60,000 nucleotides of DNA from Lytechinus pictus (Eukaryota): assembly GCF_037042905.1 (NCBI RefSeq), contig NC_087245.1, positions 7,008,001-7,068,000 on the forward strand, in the 5' to 3' direction. The notes beneath the pieces were generated by a model. That model worked only from the letters and a program-made list of their open reading frames with translations, did not search any database and was not told the origin of the DNA. Made by a program: the position numbers and the translations under genes. The stretch's first letter is position 1, and each line of letters starts with the position of its first letter. Shown piece after piece: positions 12,301 through 24,595 of the stretch.

Positions 12301-14839
12301 CAACATATTTTTATTGAGTATTGAGTATAGCTTCGATGCGCCAGCACGTTTTTTGCATGTAGCTTTTTTGCATGTAGAAGAAAGCCTATTCTTTCATCTT
12401 TAAGTTGCTTCAAAAATAATTTCGCTTCATTATATAGCAGGAATGCTAATTTACCTGAACAAGGGGTCAAAAACTGCGAATTATTCAATAAAGTGGGAAA
12501 ATAGGCAAAGGGAGGGGGATTCGGCAGCCTCTGTTGGGGGTAGGCTTCTTTGTGCGAGCACGTCTTCAAATGAAGCTGATGGAGAAAATCCTACCTTTTC
12601 TCTCCCACGAGTTACAAAACAATAAAAGTTACTTTCTGCAAAGCGGAAACGCCGTTGGTCTCAATTGGGGCTCCAAAACGGCGAATTTTCCTATAGAAAA
12701 ATACGAAATAAGGGGTTGGGTGACTTCAGCTGCCCCCTAAGGGGGTAGGCTTCGATGTTGCAGCACTTCGTTATAATGTAGCAGATAGAGAAAATACTAC
12801 TTTTCCATCCAAGTGGTTTTAAGACGATGAAAGTGTTTTGCTGTTTAGGAGAAACATATTTGTGCCTCAATGTGGGCTCCAAATTCGCAGATTTTCTAAT
12901 CAAAATGTAAAATACGGAATAGGGGTGGGTGATTTCGGCAGCCCCTGGCGGGGGTATGCTTCAGTGTGAGAGCACGTCTTCAAATGAAGCTGATGGAGAA
13001 AATCCTACCTTTTCTCTCCCACGAGTTACAAAACAATAAAAGTTACTTTCTGCAAAGCGGAAACGCCGTTGGTCTCAATTGGGGCTCCAAAATGGCGAAT
13101 TTTCCTAGAAAAATGCGAAATAGGGGTTGGGTGATTTCAGCTGCCTCCTGAGGGGGTAGGCTTCGATATGGCGGTACTTCGTTATAATGTAGCAGATAGA
13201 AAAATACTACTTTTTTGCATCGAAGTGGAATAAGACAAGGAAAGTGTTTTGCTATTTAGGAGAAACATCTTTTTGCCCCAATTTGGGCTCCAAATTCGCA
13301 GATTTTCTAATAAAAAAGGTAATATACAGAAAGGGGTGGGTAATTTCAGGAGCCGCTGACAGGGGTAGGCATTGCTGTACCAGCACCTCTTATTATGTAA
13401 CTGATAGAAGAAAGGCAACTCTTTTGTCTCCATGTGGTTTTAAGACAACAAAATGGATTGCCTTTTAGCAGAAACACCCTTTAGCCTCAGTGGGAGCTCC
13501 AAATTTGCAGATTTTTTCATAAATTTGCAAAATACGGAAAAAGGGGATAGTGTTTTCGGCATCCCACTGACGGGGGTGGCTTCCATTTTTCAGTAATTCT
13601 TTATATGTAACAGATAGAAGAATGTCTACTCTTTTGTCTTCAAGTGGTTTAAAACAATAAAAGTGGTTTCATTACATAGTTGAAACACTTTTCTCATCAA
13701 TGTGGCTCCAAAATGACGAATTTTCCAAGAAATGGGCAAAATACAAAAAAGGGGATGGGTGACCTGGGGCAGCCCCCTGAGAGGGTAGGCTTTGTTGTGC
13801 CCTCACTTCTTTAAATGTAGCTGATAGAGAAAAGCCTACTCTTTCGTCTCCAAGTGATTTCAAGAAAATAAAAGTTGTTTGTTACCTAACCGAAGCATCA
13901 TTTTGCCACAATGAGGGCTCCAAAAGGCAAGATATTTTAGTAGTCAAGCCTCGGATAAGGGTGGGGTACCTTCGACAGGCTCTTGCGGGACTATGTTTTG
14001 AGGTGTCCGAATGAAATTGCTTGCGACATGCAGAGCAATCCCTCCTCTAACTTTTCCAAGAGGTTTCATTAACATAAATGTTGCTTAAATGTGTTTAAAA
14101 AAAACGCCTTTTGCCCTCATAGCCATAATGGAATATACACTTTTCTATCGCGACGCTCATTACATGCATTAATGCGTGCTAGTCACACCAACAAAGGCGA
14201 GGCAAGACCGATTGAGTCTATTGTACTCTTTTGAAAGGCAAGCTAGCGAGCGCATTGAAATCGGTATTACTGGTGTGACTAGTGACGGAGGTTGGTTTTT
14301 GGTGTCATTTTATCGCAATATCGGGGAATGCATATGGAGGTATTTTCTCTATATCTAAGCAAGTTAAGACATTAATACTGTCATGAAGCATATCAATGTT
14401 CTCGTTAATATATTCTCTTTCGTGTTGAATGCTGATATTTTGCATTGATTGCTGATATTAATGAGAAAACAGAAAGATATCATTGCACATGCAAATTTTT
14501 GCCTAAAAACATGAAAATTTTGGCATAAATTCTTATATTTTTCAAAAAATATTAACCGGACTGTCCTGAAAACACTTGCAATCGATTTCTACTGCCTGAA
14601 TCAATGTGAAATGCGTATTTATTTAATATTTTTCCATTGTTTGTGCAAAAATATGAAAATAATTGATTTTCATGAAAAATTCAAGATGGCCGACAAAAAT
14701 GGGGCCCTGTGGGCCCTCCGTACAGGATTTGACCCGGCAGCAACACATTTTCTTGACCACTGATATCATGCCAACATCTTGGGACCATCAAACCTTTTGT
14801 ACCCGATCAGCTGAATAAACTCTCCCAGCCCCCGGACTA
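9394..14839. mobile_element. 5.4-kb non-autonomous foldback DNA transposon (Academ-like termini), almost wholly palindromic
   Basis: Starts tagtccgggggctgggagagttt and ends aaactctcccagcccccggacta, flanked by TAT (9391-9393, 14840-14842). Outer arms are near-identical inverted copies over ~1.6 kb. Interior is ~200-bp repeat units in opposite orientations. No coding ORF. Confidence 0.9.
10400..13830. repeat. Diverged ~190-220-bp tandem repeat arrays inside the foldback arms
   Basis: Motif 'aagcctaccccctcaggggct..gaagtcaccc...tttggagccc' recurs at ~10439, 10648, 10858, 11078, 11287, 11498, 11690, 11855, 12062, and inverted at ~12330, 12540, 12745, 12955, 13155, 13365, 13575, 13785. Confidence 0.85.
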
Positions 14840-15966
14840 TATGTGAACTGCTGAAGGTTTAAAACACACACAAAATATCCGCATGTTGCCATTATAACAC
14901 CGGGCCTGCAATATCTTCGACTTTCGATGAAAATGTAATAATATCAATCTTTGATTAATCAGCATTGTCAAGGCATCAAATGATATCGATCGCGTCTATA
15001 TCAGTGCTCGGAAACGCAGCAGGTGTACTTTATATTCTCATTATAAGCCACGTTGATCATGATAGATGCAATCATCAAACTGTTCTATAAGAAAGTACGC
15101 AGTGATACCACCTCCGTAATTCATCTGCTACCATTGATTAGGAAGAGTTTACTGAAATATTGATAGGTAAACAGCAACAACAAGCGCAGCAGCGCTGACT
15201 TGAAAACATCTCCGTATAAGATTTTTTTCGAAAAGAGAGAAAACACATTTTGATAATAAAATCCTAAATTCAGATGACCCTAGAAACTTGTATTTCATTT
15301 CATATCATTTGTCACGATTTTGATATCCAATAATCATCTCATATAAGTTTCATTCATTGTGGTTAAGTAAAGGTTAAGGAACGTACTTCTTATCCAAAAT
15401 AATTGATCTGAAATGACCTTGTACCTTGATCCGGTAACCTGGAATTATACTCGTCTAATCTGTGATGTTTAATACCGATTGATAGTTTCAAAACAGTTAT
15501 TTCTTACATGTTGATATCAGTTAATTGTTGCCCCGACCCCAAGTGACATTTGGCCTTCCCTATAGTGAATTATAATTACTTTTATCCATTTGCTGATACT
15601 TGATATTAACCATGAAAATTTTAAGGACATAATCTGTTAAACTAATCTTGAAAATTCTCAATCTTAACCTAAGGTAAAGTTTTAATATTCATAGCACAAC
15701 ATGGTCAAAGTTATTCACCCTAAATGACATTTGACCTTAATCATTTGATATGCGACTCGTACAAGATGGTTTTTCCAAGTTTCATCAACTAATTCCATAT
15801 TAGAAGAAGGGGCCATAAAGAAACATCGAATATAAATTCATATTATTTTTATCATTACCACCATGTTGAAAAAATGAGTCAAGGCTCATTTCTACGTTTT
15901 TGCATTGGAATGTTACCACTGGATTCACGTTCTTTATTGTTAATACCTTAAGGCATAGGCATGAAA

Positions 15967-16283
15967 GAGCCGTAGTGTAGTGGTTCTGATTCTCGCCTTG
16001 AAAACAGAGGGTCTTGTGTTCGAATCCCACTGCGGTCCTTTGGCAAGGCGTTAATCCACACTTTGCTACTCTCTACCCAGGTGTTAAATGCATGGGTACC
16101 CGGTAGGATGTGAAAGCCTATATGTAGTATGCCTAGCCATTGAGTCTTGGAACTCTTATTGGAATGCTCCCCTGGGAGTGGAGAAGGTGCATATATTGTA
16201 TGCGGGCATGCAAGGATCCGATGACCGTGGTAATAATATGCTGTAAAGCGCTTTATAAAAATAGCTATTGTTATTATTATTAT
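15967..16283 (+). mobile_element. tRNA-derived SINE
   Basis: tRNA-like head (gtagtgtagtgg ... gttcgaatccc), core 'tttggcaaggcgttaatccacac...acccaggtg', 3' 'tgtaaagcgc..ataaaaatagctatt(att)n'. Second copy at 57074. Confidence 0.8.
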
Positions 16284-17392
16284 ATGCCCCCCTCCATCCA
16301 TATAGATTTCACAATTGATTCCGTGTTACAGTTCTCGAGGAGAACTGCTCCTTCGATTCCGTGTCGCAAATAAATTTCCTGAGAATTACGGTTGAAAAAT
16401 CGGCGACGGATGATGAATCACTCGCACAAAATTAACAAAAGTGTGCACGAAACCTTTCAATTTCACTTAAGAAAATGCAAAAGCACCCAAGTAATTACAA
16501 GCTCGTTTACTTCGCCTTCTCGCTTTCGGGTTTCTTCGAAATTTTTACGCATCCTGCCCCCGGAAAATTTCTGCGTACGGCCATGACCTCGCACATGTGT
16601 AACAAGGCTGAATTTCAGAAATCAGATGATTCAGTGTCATTTAAACTTCAACTTCCCTTTAAATGCCACCTTTCTGAATATATCGCCAAATCTCCCTCTA
16701 TCTGGCTTTCTTCCTAATATGCATTTTTGTCAATCTTTTTTTTTTAAGAATAAATATTTTAACACAGATCATTTTATGAAACTGTAAAATATCCAAACAT
16801 CCTCCCAGTGCATCGTGATGACGTGATCAACGAAAAGAGCAATGCAGGAGTGCAATTCAAATAAAAAAATAAATGAAATCCATACCAATCGTCATGATTA
16901 GATTCTCACTGTGTTAAACGACGTGAACTACCCACCTGCCTCCATTACCAATTAATTTCCTGTGTGATTTGCAGTATAATGTAATTCAATAAAATGAAAT
17001 GCACATTACTCTTAACTGGGATACATTGAAGCATTGAAGGTGCATTCTATACATTTTATTTCCTTGAGGACAGTTCAATTTCAAGTTCTATTGCAATTTA
17101 TTTAAAAATAAAAAATTATTTATAAAACAAATGAGTTTTATGATGATGATTTTTAACCAACGAATTTTAATTTTGTAAGGCGATATAAAACTTCGTATGT
17201 AACGTAAAAATTGCTAAGAATTAATCAAGAAGTATGTTCAGAATTAAAATATATGATTTTACTTTTCGTTTCCTTTATTACACAGGTGTGAATTCGAACT
17301 TCAACACGATTTCAATATCATCATAATGGTTTACATGGTTTTGTCATTACACACAAAATAAAGCAAAAGAAACGAGACGAAAAGACTGAAAG

Positions 17393-18067
17393 ATGGATGC
17401 TTTCTATCAACAGATTCCACGACCCGACTTCCAGAAGAGTCATGTGACACGTAACGCCAAACCTATCATCAACAGCTTTGATGAGAGGTTTCCTTACACT
17501 GCTCCTCCACTCGACTTTTCTTTCATGAACATTGGTAACTTCGACTCATATCTTCATGGTAAGGACGATGAACCAAGGCAGCAAGGTCTAAAGAACCTCA
17601 CCAAGACCGAAGATGGGAAATACTCGACCACCACCCTGAAAATGAACAACAATCTTCTTCAAGAATGGAAAGGTTTCGAACAATTCCTAAAGGACATTCT
17701 GGCAAGTCCACAAGAACTCTATTGGCTTGATCTGTCTTTCAACTATCTTATTACCATAGATGAAGTCATACTCAACTTTCCCAATATTAGAATTCTCTAT
17801 CTCCATGGAAATGCAATCGAGGATGCCAAAGAGATTGATAAACTAGCTCAACTTCAACATCTTTTTAAACTCACCCTCCATGGAAACCCGGTGGAGTCTG
17901 ATCCTGGTTACAGACAGCGTGTACTCTCTAAACTTCCAAACTTGAAGACGCTAGACTGTAGTGAAGTAACTAAAGCTGACAGGGAGAAATCCCAGGTTTA
18001 CGTGTCGATGGTCGGGGATCGAAATCCGACAGCAAAGAAGAAACATGCTCGTTCAAAAACAAAGTAA
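17393..18067 (+). CDS. LRRC51: Leucine-rich repeat-containing protein 51, 224 aa, intronless CDS
   Basis: Motifs PPLDFSF, EPR.GL, MNNN.L, WLDLSFN.L.TID, LYLHGN.I, LTLHGNP.E...GYRQ.VL..L and D.S.VTKADR match the LRRC51 family as recalled. Splice acceptor (ttttcgtttcctttattacacAG, 17285) lies upstream of the ATG. Confidence 0.88.
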   Translation: MDAFYQQIPRPDFQKSHVTRNAKPIINSFDERFPYTAPPLDFSFMNIGNFDSYLHGKDDEPRQQGLKNLTKTEDGKYSTTTLKMNNNLLQEWKGFEQFLKDILASPQELYWLDLSFNYLITIDEVILNFPNIRILYLHGNAIEDAKEIDKLAQLQHLFKLTLHGNPVESDPGYRQRVLSKLPNLKTLDCSEVTKADREKSQVYVSMVGDRNPTAKKKHARSKTK

Positions 18068-18253
18068 AACTGTTTTTCATGTTTGATAAATTCATTCGTT
18101 CCCATTGGAGAGTACCCGTTTACCATTATTCATCCGCAACGATGAACAATTGAAGAAAACCTTCATCGATTATAGCGAAAAGCGTTAAAAGATTTATGAA
18201 AATGTGAGATAGAGGGGACAGCATATTATGTGCATTAGTTTAATTTTCATGCT

Positions 18254-18827
18254 CCAGGCTGAAGGTATTTATATTTCACTAAATAGAGTAAAATTCTCAG
18301 AGCAAAATGCTGAAAATTTGATCAAAATCAGATAACAAATATTGAACTTATCGAATTTCAAAGATTTGCATTATTCTGGTGAAACAGTTCTAAGCATGTC
18401 TTAACGAATATTCATTAGGTGGGCTGATGATGTCATTTCCCCATTTGTTCTTTTGTATTTTATTATATGAAATTAGGTTTATTCAAAATGTTTCTACCAA
18501 GAACTAAAACAATTGGATTGTCAACTGATGAAGTGCATTAGTTACTTATTACTGCGACTTATTTCATAATAGTGGAGACTCATCATTTACACATGTATAT
18601 ATGAAAAATTACACAATTATGATTTCATGTAATAACATAAGAAAAGGGAATGTGGGGGTGTGACATCATCAGCCCACCTAATGAACATTCATGACAACTG
18701 TTTTCACAAAATATTGCTAAACTTTGAAATTCAATAACTTTGTTATTTGTTATCAGATTTTGATGAAATTTTCAGCATTTTGCTCTGTGAATTTCACTAT
18801 TTTTATTTAGATGCCCGGGGCATGCCT
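18254..18827. mobile_element. Kolobok/T2-type MITE (41125 family), left end eroded, just 3' of LRRC51
   Basis: Internal IRs 'aaaatgctgaaaatttgatcaaaatc' / 'gattttgatgaaattttcagcatttt' and 'gggctgatgatgtca' / 'tgacatcatcagccc'. Right end cct+TTAA. Confidence 0.75.
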
Positions 18828-19262
18828 TTAACCCTTGCTCTACAGGGGGACAAATCTTCTTTAAATTTTCACTCGTGGTAACCGCAAGAAAGGCCTCGCG
18901 CAATTAAAGCACATTTCAGCCAGCAATAAGGAGTTTTATGACGATTTTAGTATTAACATCGTTTGAGACCAGATTCCCAATGTTTTTTTTATTTGTTTAT
19001 TTTTTTGCAGTGAGATCCGCCTTGCTTTTTACAAAGTCCGAACGTACAATGACCTCCTATTGTACACAAATATATGGAGCTGTCCCTGCGGATACATGAT
19101 CTTTCCCACAATTTTTTTTTTTTTTTTTTGCGGAGGGGCGGGGGTGAAGAGATTGTTAAAGTGAAAACTAGTTGGTATATGCATGGACCTACGAATTGAT
19201 GGATATTCATCGGTTGTAATGAATTCACTAACATGTGGATGTCAATGTTTTTCATGTCATGT

Positions 19263-22200
19263 ATCATATCACTCCATGCAAGTATGTTCCCCTGTTATTA
19301 CCCGTGCGCACACACATTCACTCCCGCACTCGCACAACCCGTCACAATCTACCAACCACAACATATACACATACACGCGTGCGCGCGCGCGCGCGCACAA
19401 ACACACACACTCACACACACCTACCCTCAGTTCACAACACAGTTCTTCATCCACAATACGGTTTCATTCAAAAAGTCTAAATGATACCCCGTGACGAAAG
19501 CATGCATGACCAAGACATGATAGACTCAGAAAGTAAATATTTCACAATAGAAGATTTTAATAATAAATTCAACGTTTCACCGAATGATTTTGCTACTATA
19601 ACCGAAACCAACACATCTTTTAACAGCATTGCTAGTGACCAAAATCATATTTTGTCTAGTCATTCTTTAGGTTTTTTGCACATCAACGCTAGAAGTTTAA
19701 ATAAATCATTTGATTCGATTGAATTACTCCTTTCCAATATTAACAATTACCCCTTCTCTATTATCGGTATATCAGAAACTTGGCTGCACAAAAACTCACC
19801 ACCTCTATTTAACATTGATAATTATCAAATGATTCGTTCTGACCGTGAGCATGGTAAAGGGGGTGGCGTTGCCTTGTACACGCGCAATGATATACATTTT
19901 AAAGTAAGGGCAGATATACATATCCAAGGCACGGAGGATATTTTCATTGAAATTTTAAACAGTAAAAATAAAAACATAATCGTAGGTAATGTGTACAGAC
20001 CCCCAAATGGTGACATTGATTTGTTTTTAGATAAGCTCGATCAATGTCTTAGTTTTATTTCTCGGGAAAATAAAGACATTTACATAATGGGAGATTATAA
20101 CATTAATCTTATTAATACTGACAATAATTACACTCTAAAATTTATTAGCTCATTGCTTTCATACTCTTTCCACCCGCATATTAGTAATCCGACACGAATA
20201 TCAAGTACGCCTAAAACCCTCATTGACAATATCATTTCAAATGTAACTAACAAAAACTTCATAAATGGCATTATTTATTCTGACATTTCGGACCATTTAC
20301 CTATATTTGTTATTTCTAATCAAGCTAAAATTCAACAACATACAAATAAAAACAAAAAAGAAATGCACAGAAAAGAAACCCAACGCAACATCGATGCACT
20401 AAAAACTGATTTAGCTGAAGAAGATTGGAATGAAGTATTGAACGAAACTAACGCCGATGTTGCTTATGAAATATTTATTCAAAAACTCTTACATTATTAT
20501 AACAAAAACATACCTCTTGTAAAAGATAAGGTCCTTAAAAAGAATAAACAACCATGGATCACAAAGGGCATTAAACGATCAATATCAACACGGAATAAAC
20601 TCTATAAGCAAGCTCTAAAAACTCAATGTAAGGTAAAATTTGACAAATACAAAAAATATAGAAATAAATTGACATCCATTATTCGTCTATCTCGAAAACT
20701 GTACTATTCAAAAAATATAGAGGAAAACGCAAATAATGTTACTTTTTTATGGAAAACTGTCAACGATCTCTTAGGTAAGAAAAAACATGATATTGCAAAT
20801 AGTTTTAATGTTGATGGTCAAGAAATTACTAACCCAGAAACAATTTCAAATGCATTCAATGATTATTTCACTAATGTAGGTCCCAATCTGGCCTCAAACA
20901 TTCATGTAAATGATTCACATTTCACTAAATTCCTATCTCCAGCATGTGAAAACTCACTCTTTTTAAGACCAACTAATGAACTTGAAATAATTAATATTGT
21001 TCAACAACTGAAATCTAGCAAGTCTTGTGGGCATGACGGAATTAGTGTTTATTTGCTTAAACAAATTATTCATTACATTGCTCATCCACTATCCAATATA
21101 TTTAATCTCTCTCTTTCAACAGGCAAATGCCCGGATTCCCTGAAACTCGCAAAAGTAATACCAATTTATAAAAAAGAAGATTCCTCCTTAATCAGCAATT
21201 ACAGGCCCATATCTTTACTACCATCAATATCTAAAATTATTGAAAAAATTATTTATAAACGACTCTTTACTTTTCTGAAAAACAATGATATTTTTATTCC
21301 TAATCAGTTCGGTTTTAGAGAAGGACACTCAACAGATTATGCCTTATTATATATGTACGACAAAATTATTGAAGCTTTCACCAGAAAGGAACATGCGATT
21401 GGAATTTACATGGATCTTTCGAAAGCTTTCGATACAATCGACCACAAAATATTAATTCATAAATTAAAGTCATATGGAATAAGGGGACAAGCACTATCCT
21501 GGTTTGAAGACTATTTACATAATCGACAACAATACGTACATTTCCAATCTCAAAACTCACAAAAACAAAATATCAAGTGCGGCGTACCACAGGGATCAAT
21601 TCTGGGACCCCTACTTTTTATTATCTATATTAATGATATCATAAATTCATCCCCAATTCTAAATTTCATAATTTTTGCCGACGATACCAGTATTTTCTAT
21701 TCCCATGCTAATTTAGATACTCTAACACATATTCTTAATTCAGAACTCTCTAAAATATCCCAATGGTTTAAAACAAACAAACTTTCACTTAACATAAGCA
21801 AAACCAATTTTATACACTTTCGAGAAGCTAATCCACATTTACCAGCTCCCAATTTATCAATTGACGGTTTACCTCTTACTGAAAAGCACTCTACCAAATT
21901 CTTGGGAGTAACAATTGACTCCAATCTAACGTGGAATGAACACATACACAATGTACATACATCTATATCAAGAAACATAGGAATAATTTAAAAATTAAAA
22001 GACTTTCTTTCTGAAAAATCATTATTGGTTCTATACAACTCCCTAGTACTTTCACATATGATGTATTGCAATATTGTATGGGGTAACTGTAGTATAACGA
22101 AAATAAACTCTCTTCTACTTCTCCAAAAACGAGCAATTCGTAACGTTACTCATTCGCATTATATTTCCCACACAGAACCTCTATTTCAGCGTTTAAATGC

Positions 22201-23221
22201 ACTTAAAATACAGGATATTCACACTCTACAAACAGGTATATTTATGTTTAGATACACTTACAATAATCTTCCATCATTATTCCAAAATCTATTCAATTTA
22301 AATTCAAATATACATGCATATCCAACTCGCCACTCTTCTGATTATCATCTACACAACCCCAAACTTATTCTTGCTCAAAAATCAGTTCGCCATCATGGAC
22401 CAGATACCTGGAATTCCTTACCACAATACTTAAAACAATGTCCCTCTCTTAACTCATTCAAATCATCCTTTAAAAAGTTTATGACACGCAAATACAATTC
22501 TGAATAATTTATGCATATATATAAAAAGAGTTCTACGGGTCTTGGTCAATTCTCAATTTTCTTGGTAAATTTTTAATTTCTATCTGATCTCATAAACTGT
22601 TACATCAGAAAATGAAAAAAGTTAAGTCATAGTATCAAACTTTTCTATCATTTCAAGCTGTATCCTGGAACCATTCAATAATTCCTAATTAATACTACCC
22701 CCACACCCTCATATACCGACACACATACACGCACACCCACTCTCAACACACACACACACTTAACATACACATACAATTTTAAATATACATTTGCACACGC
22801 GCACACGTTTGCACATGCACAAACACATGCAAATACGTCAAATGTGCACATAATATCAGGCATACAAGGTTCTTGCATGTAAATATCGTATTAATAATAT
22901 CTGTTTATAATTAATTTAAGTCAATGCTTGATTTGTACTTCGTTCTTTTTTGTCTATTTCGCTAATACGTTTTGAGGCCGCTACCCTAGTCAAGCACTGC
23001 TTATGGTAGCGGTCTCCAGCATTTTTTTTTTGTCTACTCAACAAAGTACAACTTATAATATTGCAAAATAATACTATCTATATACATTTTTGCAAATGAA
23101 TGATTATTTGTATTTTTTTTTGTAAAAAGAAATGTATCACTATTTTTTTATTTATGTTGTACATTATGTTTGTTAATTATTTCTGTTGGAAAAATGCTGA
23201 AATAAAATCAAATCAAATCAA
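19263..23221 (+). mobile_element. CR1/L2-group LINE, 5'-truncated (no ORF1 seen), with (AAATC)n tail and 9-bp TSD
   Basis: APE-RT ORF2, 3' tail aataaaatcaaatcaaatcaaa (23201-23222), direct repeat atgtcatgt at 19254-19262 and 23222-23230. Confidence 0.85.
19481..22507 (+). pseudogene. LINE ORF2 (AP endonuclease + reverse transcriptase) interrupted by one in-frame TAA at 21989-21991
   Basis: APE motifs HINARSL, ISETWL, GGGVALY, YRPP, MGDYN, LIDNI, SDHLP. RT motifs NYRPISLL, QFGFR, DLSKAFD, GVPQGSILGPLLF, FADDT, KFLGV. ORFs 19481-21991 and 22025-22507 are in the same frame (GII*KLKDFLSEKSLLVLY). Confidence 0.92.
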
Positions 23222-23588
23222 ATGTCATGTGAATAACATTCTCTCAATATTAGTCTATTTTGATCATAATTATGATGGTCACCGTCAATTAGGCCTTGGG
23301 GTGAAAGAAACACGGATTACACAAACTGTATGCGCAAAACTTAAATCCTGGAAAATTAATAGTAGATTTGGTTTCTATTTGGTAATCTTAATTCCATTTG
23401 TTTATAGTTGACAAAACGTATGCATCGTGTTCATAATAGAGGCTTTATTGTGATTCATTGTTTTTTTTTTCATTCATAATCCGTTTTCCTGAGTTTTCTC
23501 CTACATTCCAGAGATTAATGACACATGATAAAGAACGTGTCTCTCTAATTATTATTGAAGTCATTATTTAGTTTGTTAATCGAAATTA

Positions 23589-23755
23589 CACTCTAAAAAA
23601 TGTTTACCCAACATTGGGTAAAATGGGAACATGCATGCTGGTTGGGTAAGTTGCGTTGAAATAGCCCAATATGGGGTTAAAAAAATACCCAGCAAACATG
23701 CATGTTCCCTTTCTAACCCAATATTGGGTAAAATTCTACTCAGTGTTTTAATGTG
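23589..23755. mobile_element. Small CAC..GTG MITE with TA flanks (CMC/EnSpm-like)
   Basis: ta|cactctaaaaaa ... ttttaatgtg|ta, with internal palindromes 'acccaacattgggta' and 'acccaatattgggta'. Confidence 0.5.
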
Positions 23756-24595
23756 TATGCAAATTTAGTATCACAAAAATCCAGATCTGAAGCATATAGT
23801 AATTCAAAAGGTCCAGGGTATCAGCAAATACCAACAATGAATATAAAACTGTTCCGATAAGATATGTCTTGATATTGTAAATATTGTCAAAAACCTACGT
23901 ACTCGTTGATATGCACATAACTAGAAGGCGTCGACTCGACCTTCGTGCATCAAAATCAGGTTCGCGTTAATCTCTTGTAGAAATAATCTTAGGAATGTGT
24001 GCGGCCAATCATTCTTCATAATTATATTTTTTCAGTTTTGGACGCGGGCCGCGCGTGCACTCGTTACGGGTATAAAAAACACAATTTTTTAAGGGGGTAG
24101 TTTTGAAAGACTGGTCAATGGTCAATCGCAGGGTCAAACGTATTTAGGGTATGTTTTTTTTCCAAAGCTTTTTTTTTTTAAGACTAGCCAAACGTGTTTA
24201 GGGTATGTGTTTTTCCCCAAGCTTGTTTAGGGGCCAAAATGTGTAAATAAAGCCCGCGAAAAACTTGTTTAGGGGGTTATTTTGCACACAGAGAAAAACT
24301 CGTTTAGGGGGTGTTTGGAAATAATTTGGCCACGCGTGTGTACAGCAATACATTTAACTGCCCCCCGGGTTATTTTGCAATGAAATAGACCGATTGCATT
24401 TTCAATTTGAATTGTTATTATATTTGAATGGATTATTTGATTCACTCACAAATAACATTATATTAATCGTTCTACATGCACTGATCCGGGCAATTAAGCA
24501 TGTGATGATTAAAGTGGCTTGATATTTCACTATTTCTGAAGAGGATAATTGATCGAGATAAGCAAATGAGCACCCAAAATGGCACCTTTAATTAA

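Noticed and set aside
10400..13830. ~200-bp repeats as a CRISPR-like repeat-spacer array, or the short ORFs there as genes
   Set aside because: Whole monomers are homologous rather than unique spacers. The ORFs (for example the mirrored 60-aa pair at 9875 and 14176) are by-products of the inverted repeat and have no recognisable domains.
15967..16040. tRNA genes at 15967, 54945, 57074 and 59864
   Set aside because: No intact cloverleaf or acceptor stem. Three of them continue into SINE core sequence.
21989..22025. Programmed frameshift or separate gene between the two LINE ORFs
   Set aside because: Both ORFs are in the same frame, so a single nonsense codon explains the split.
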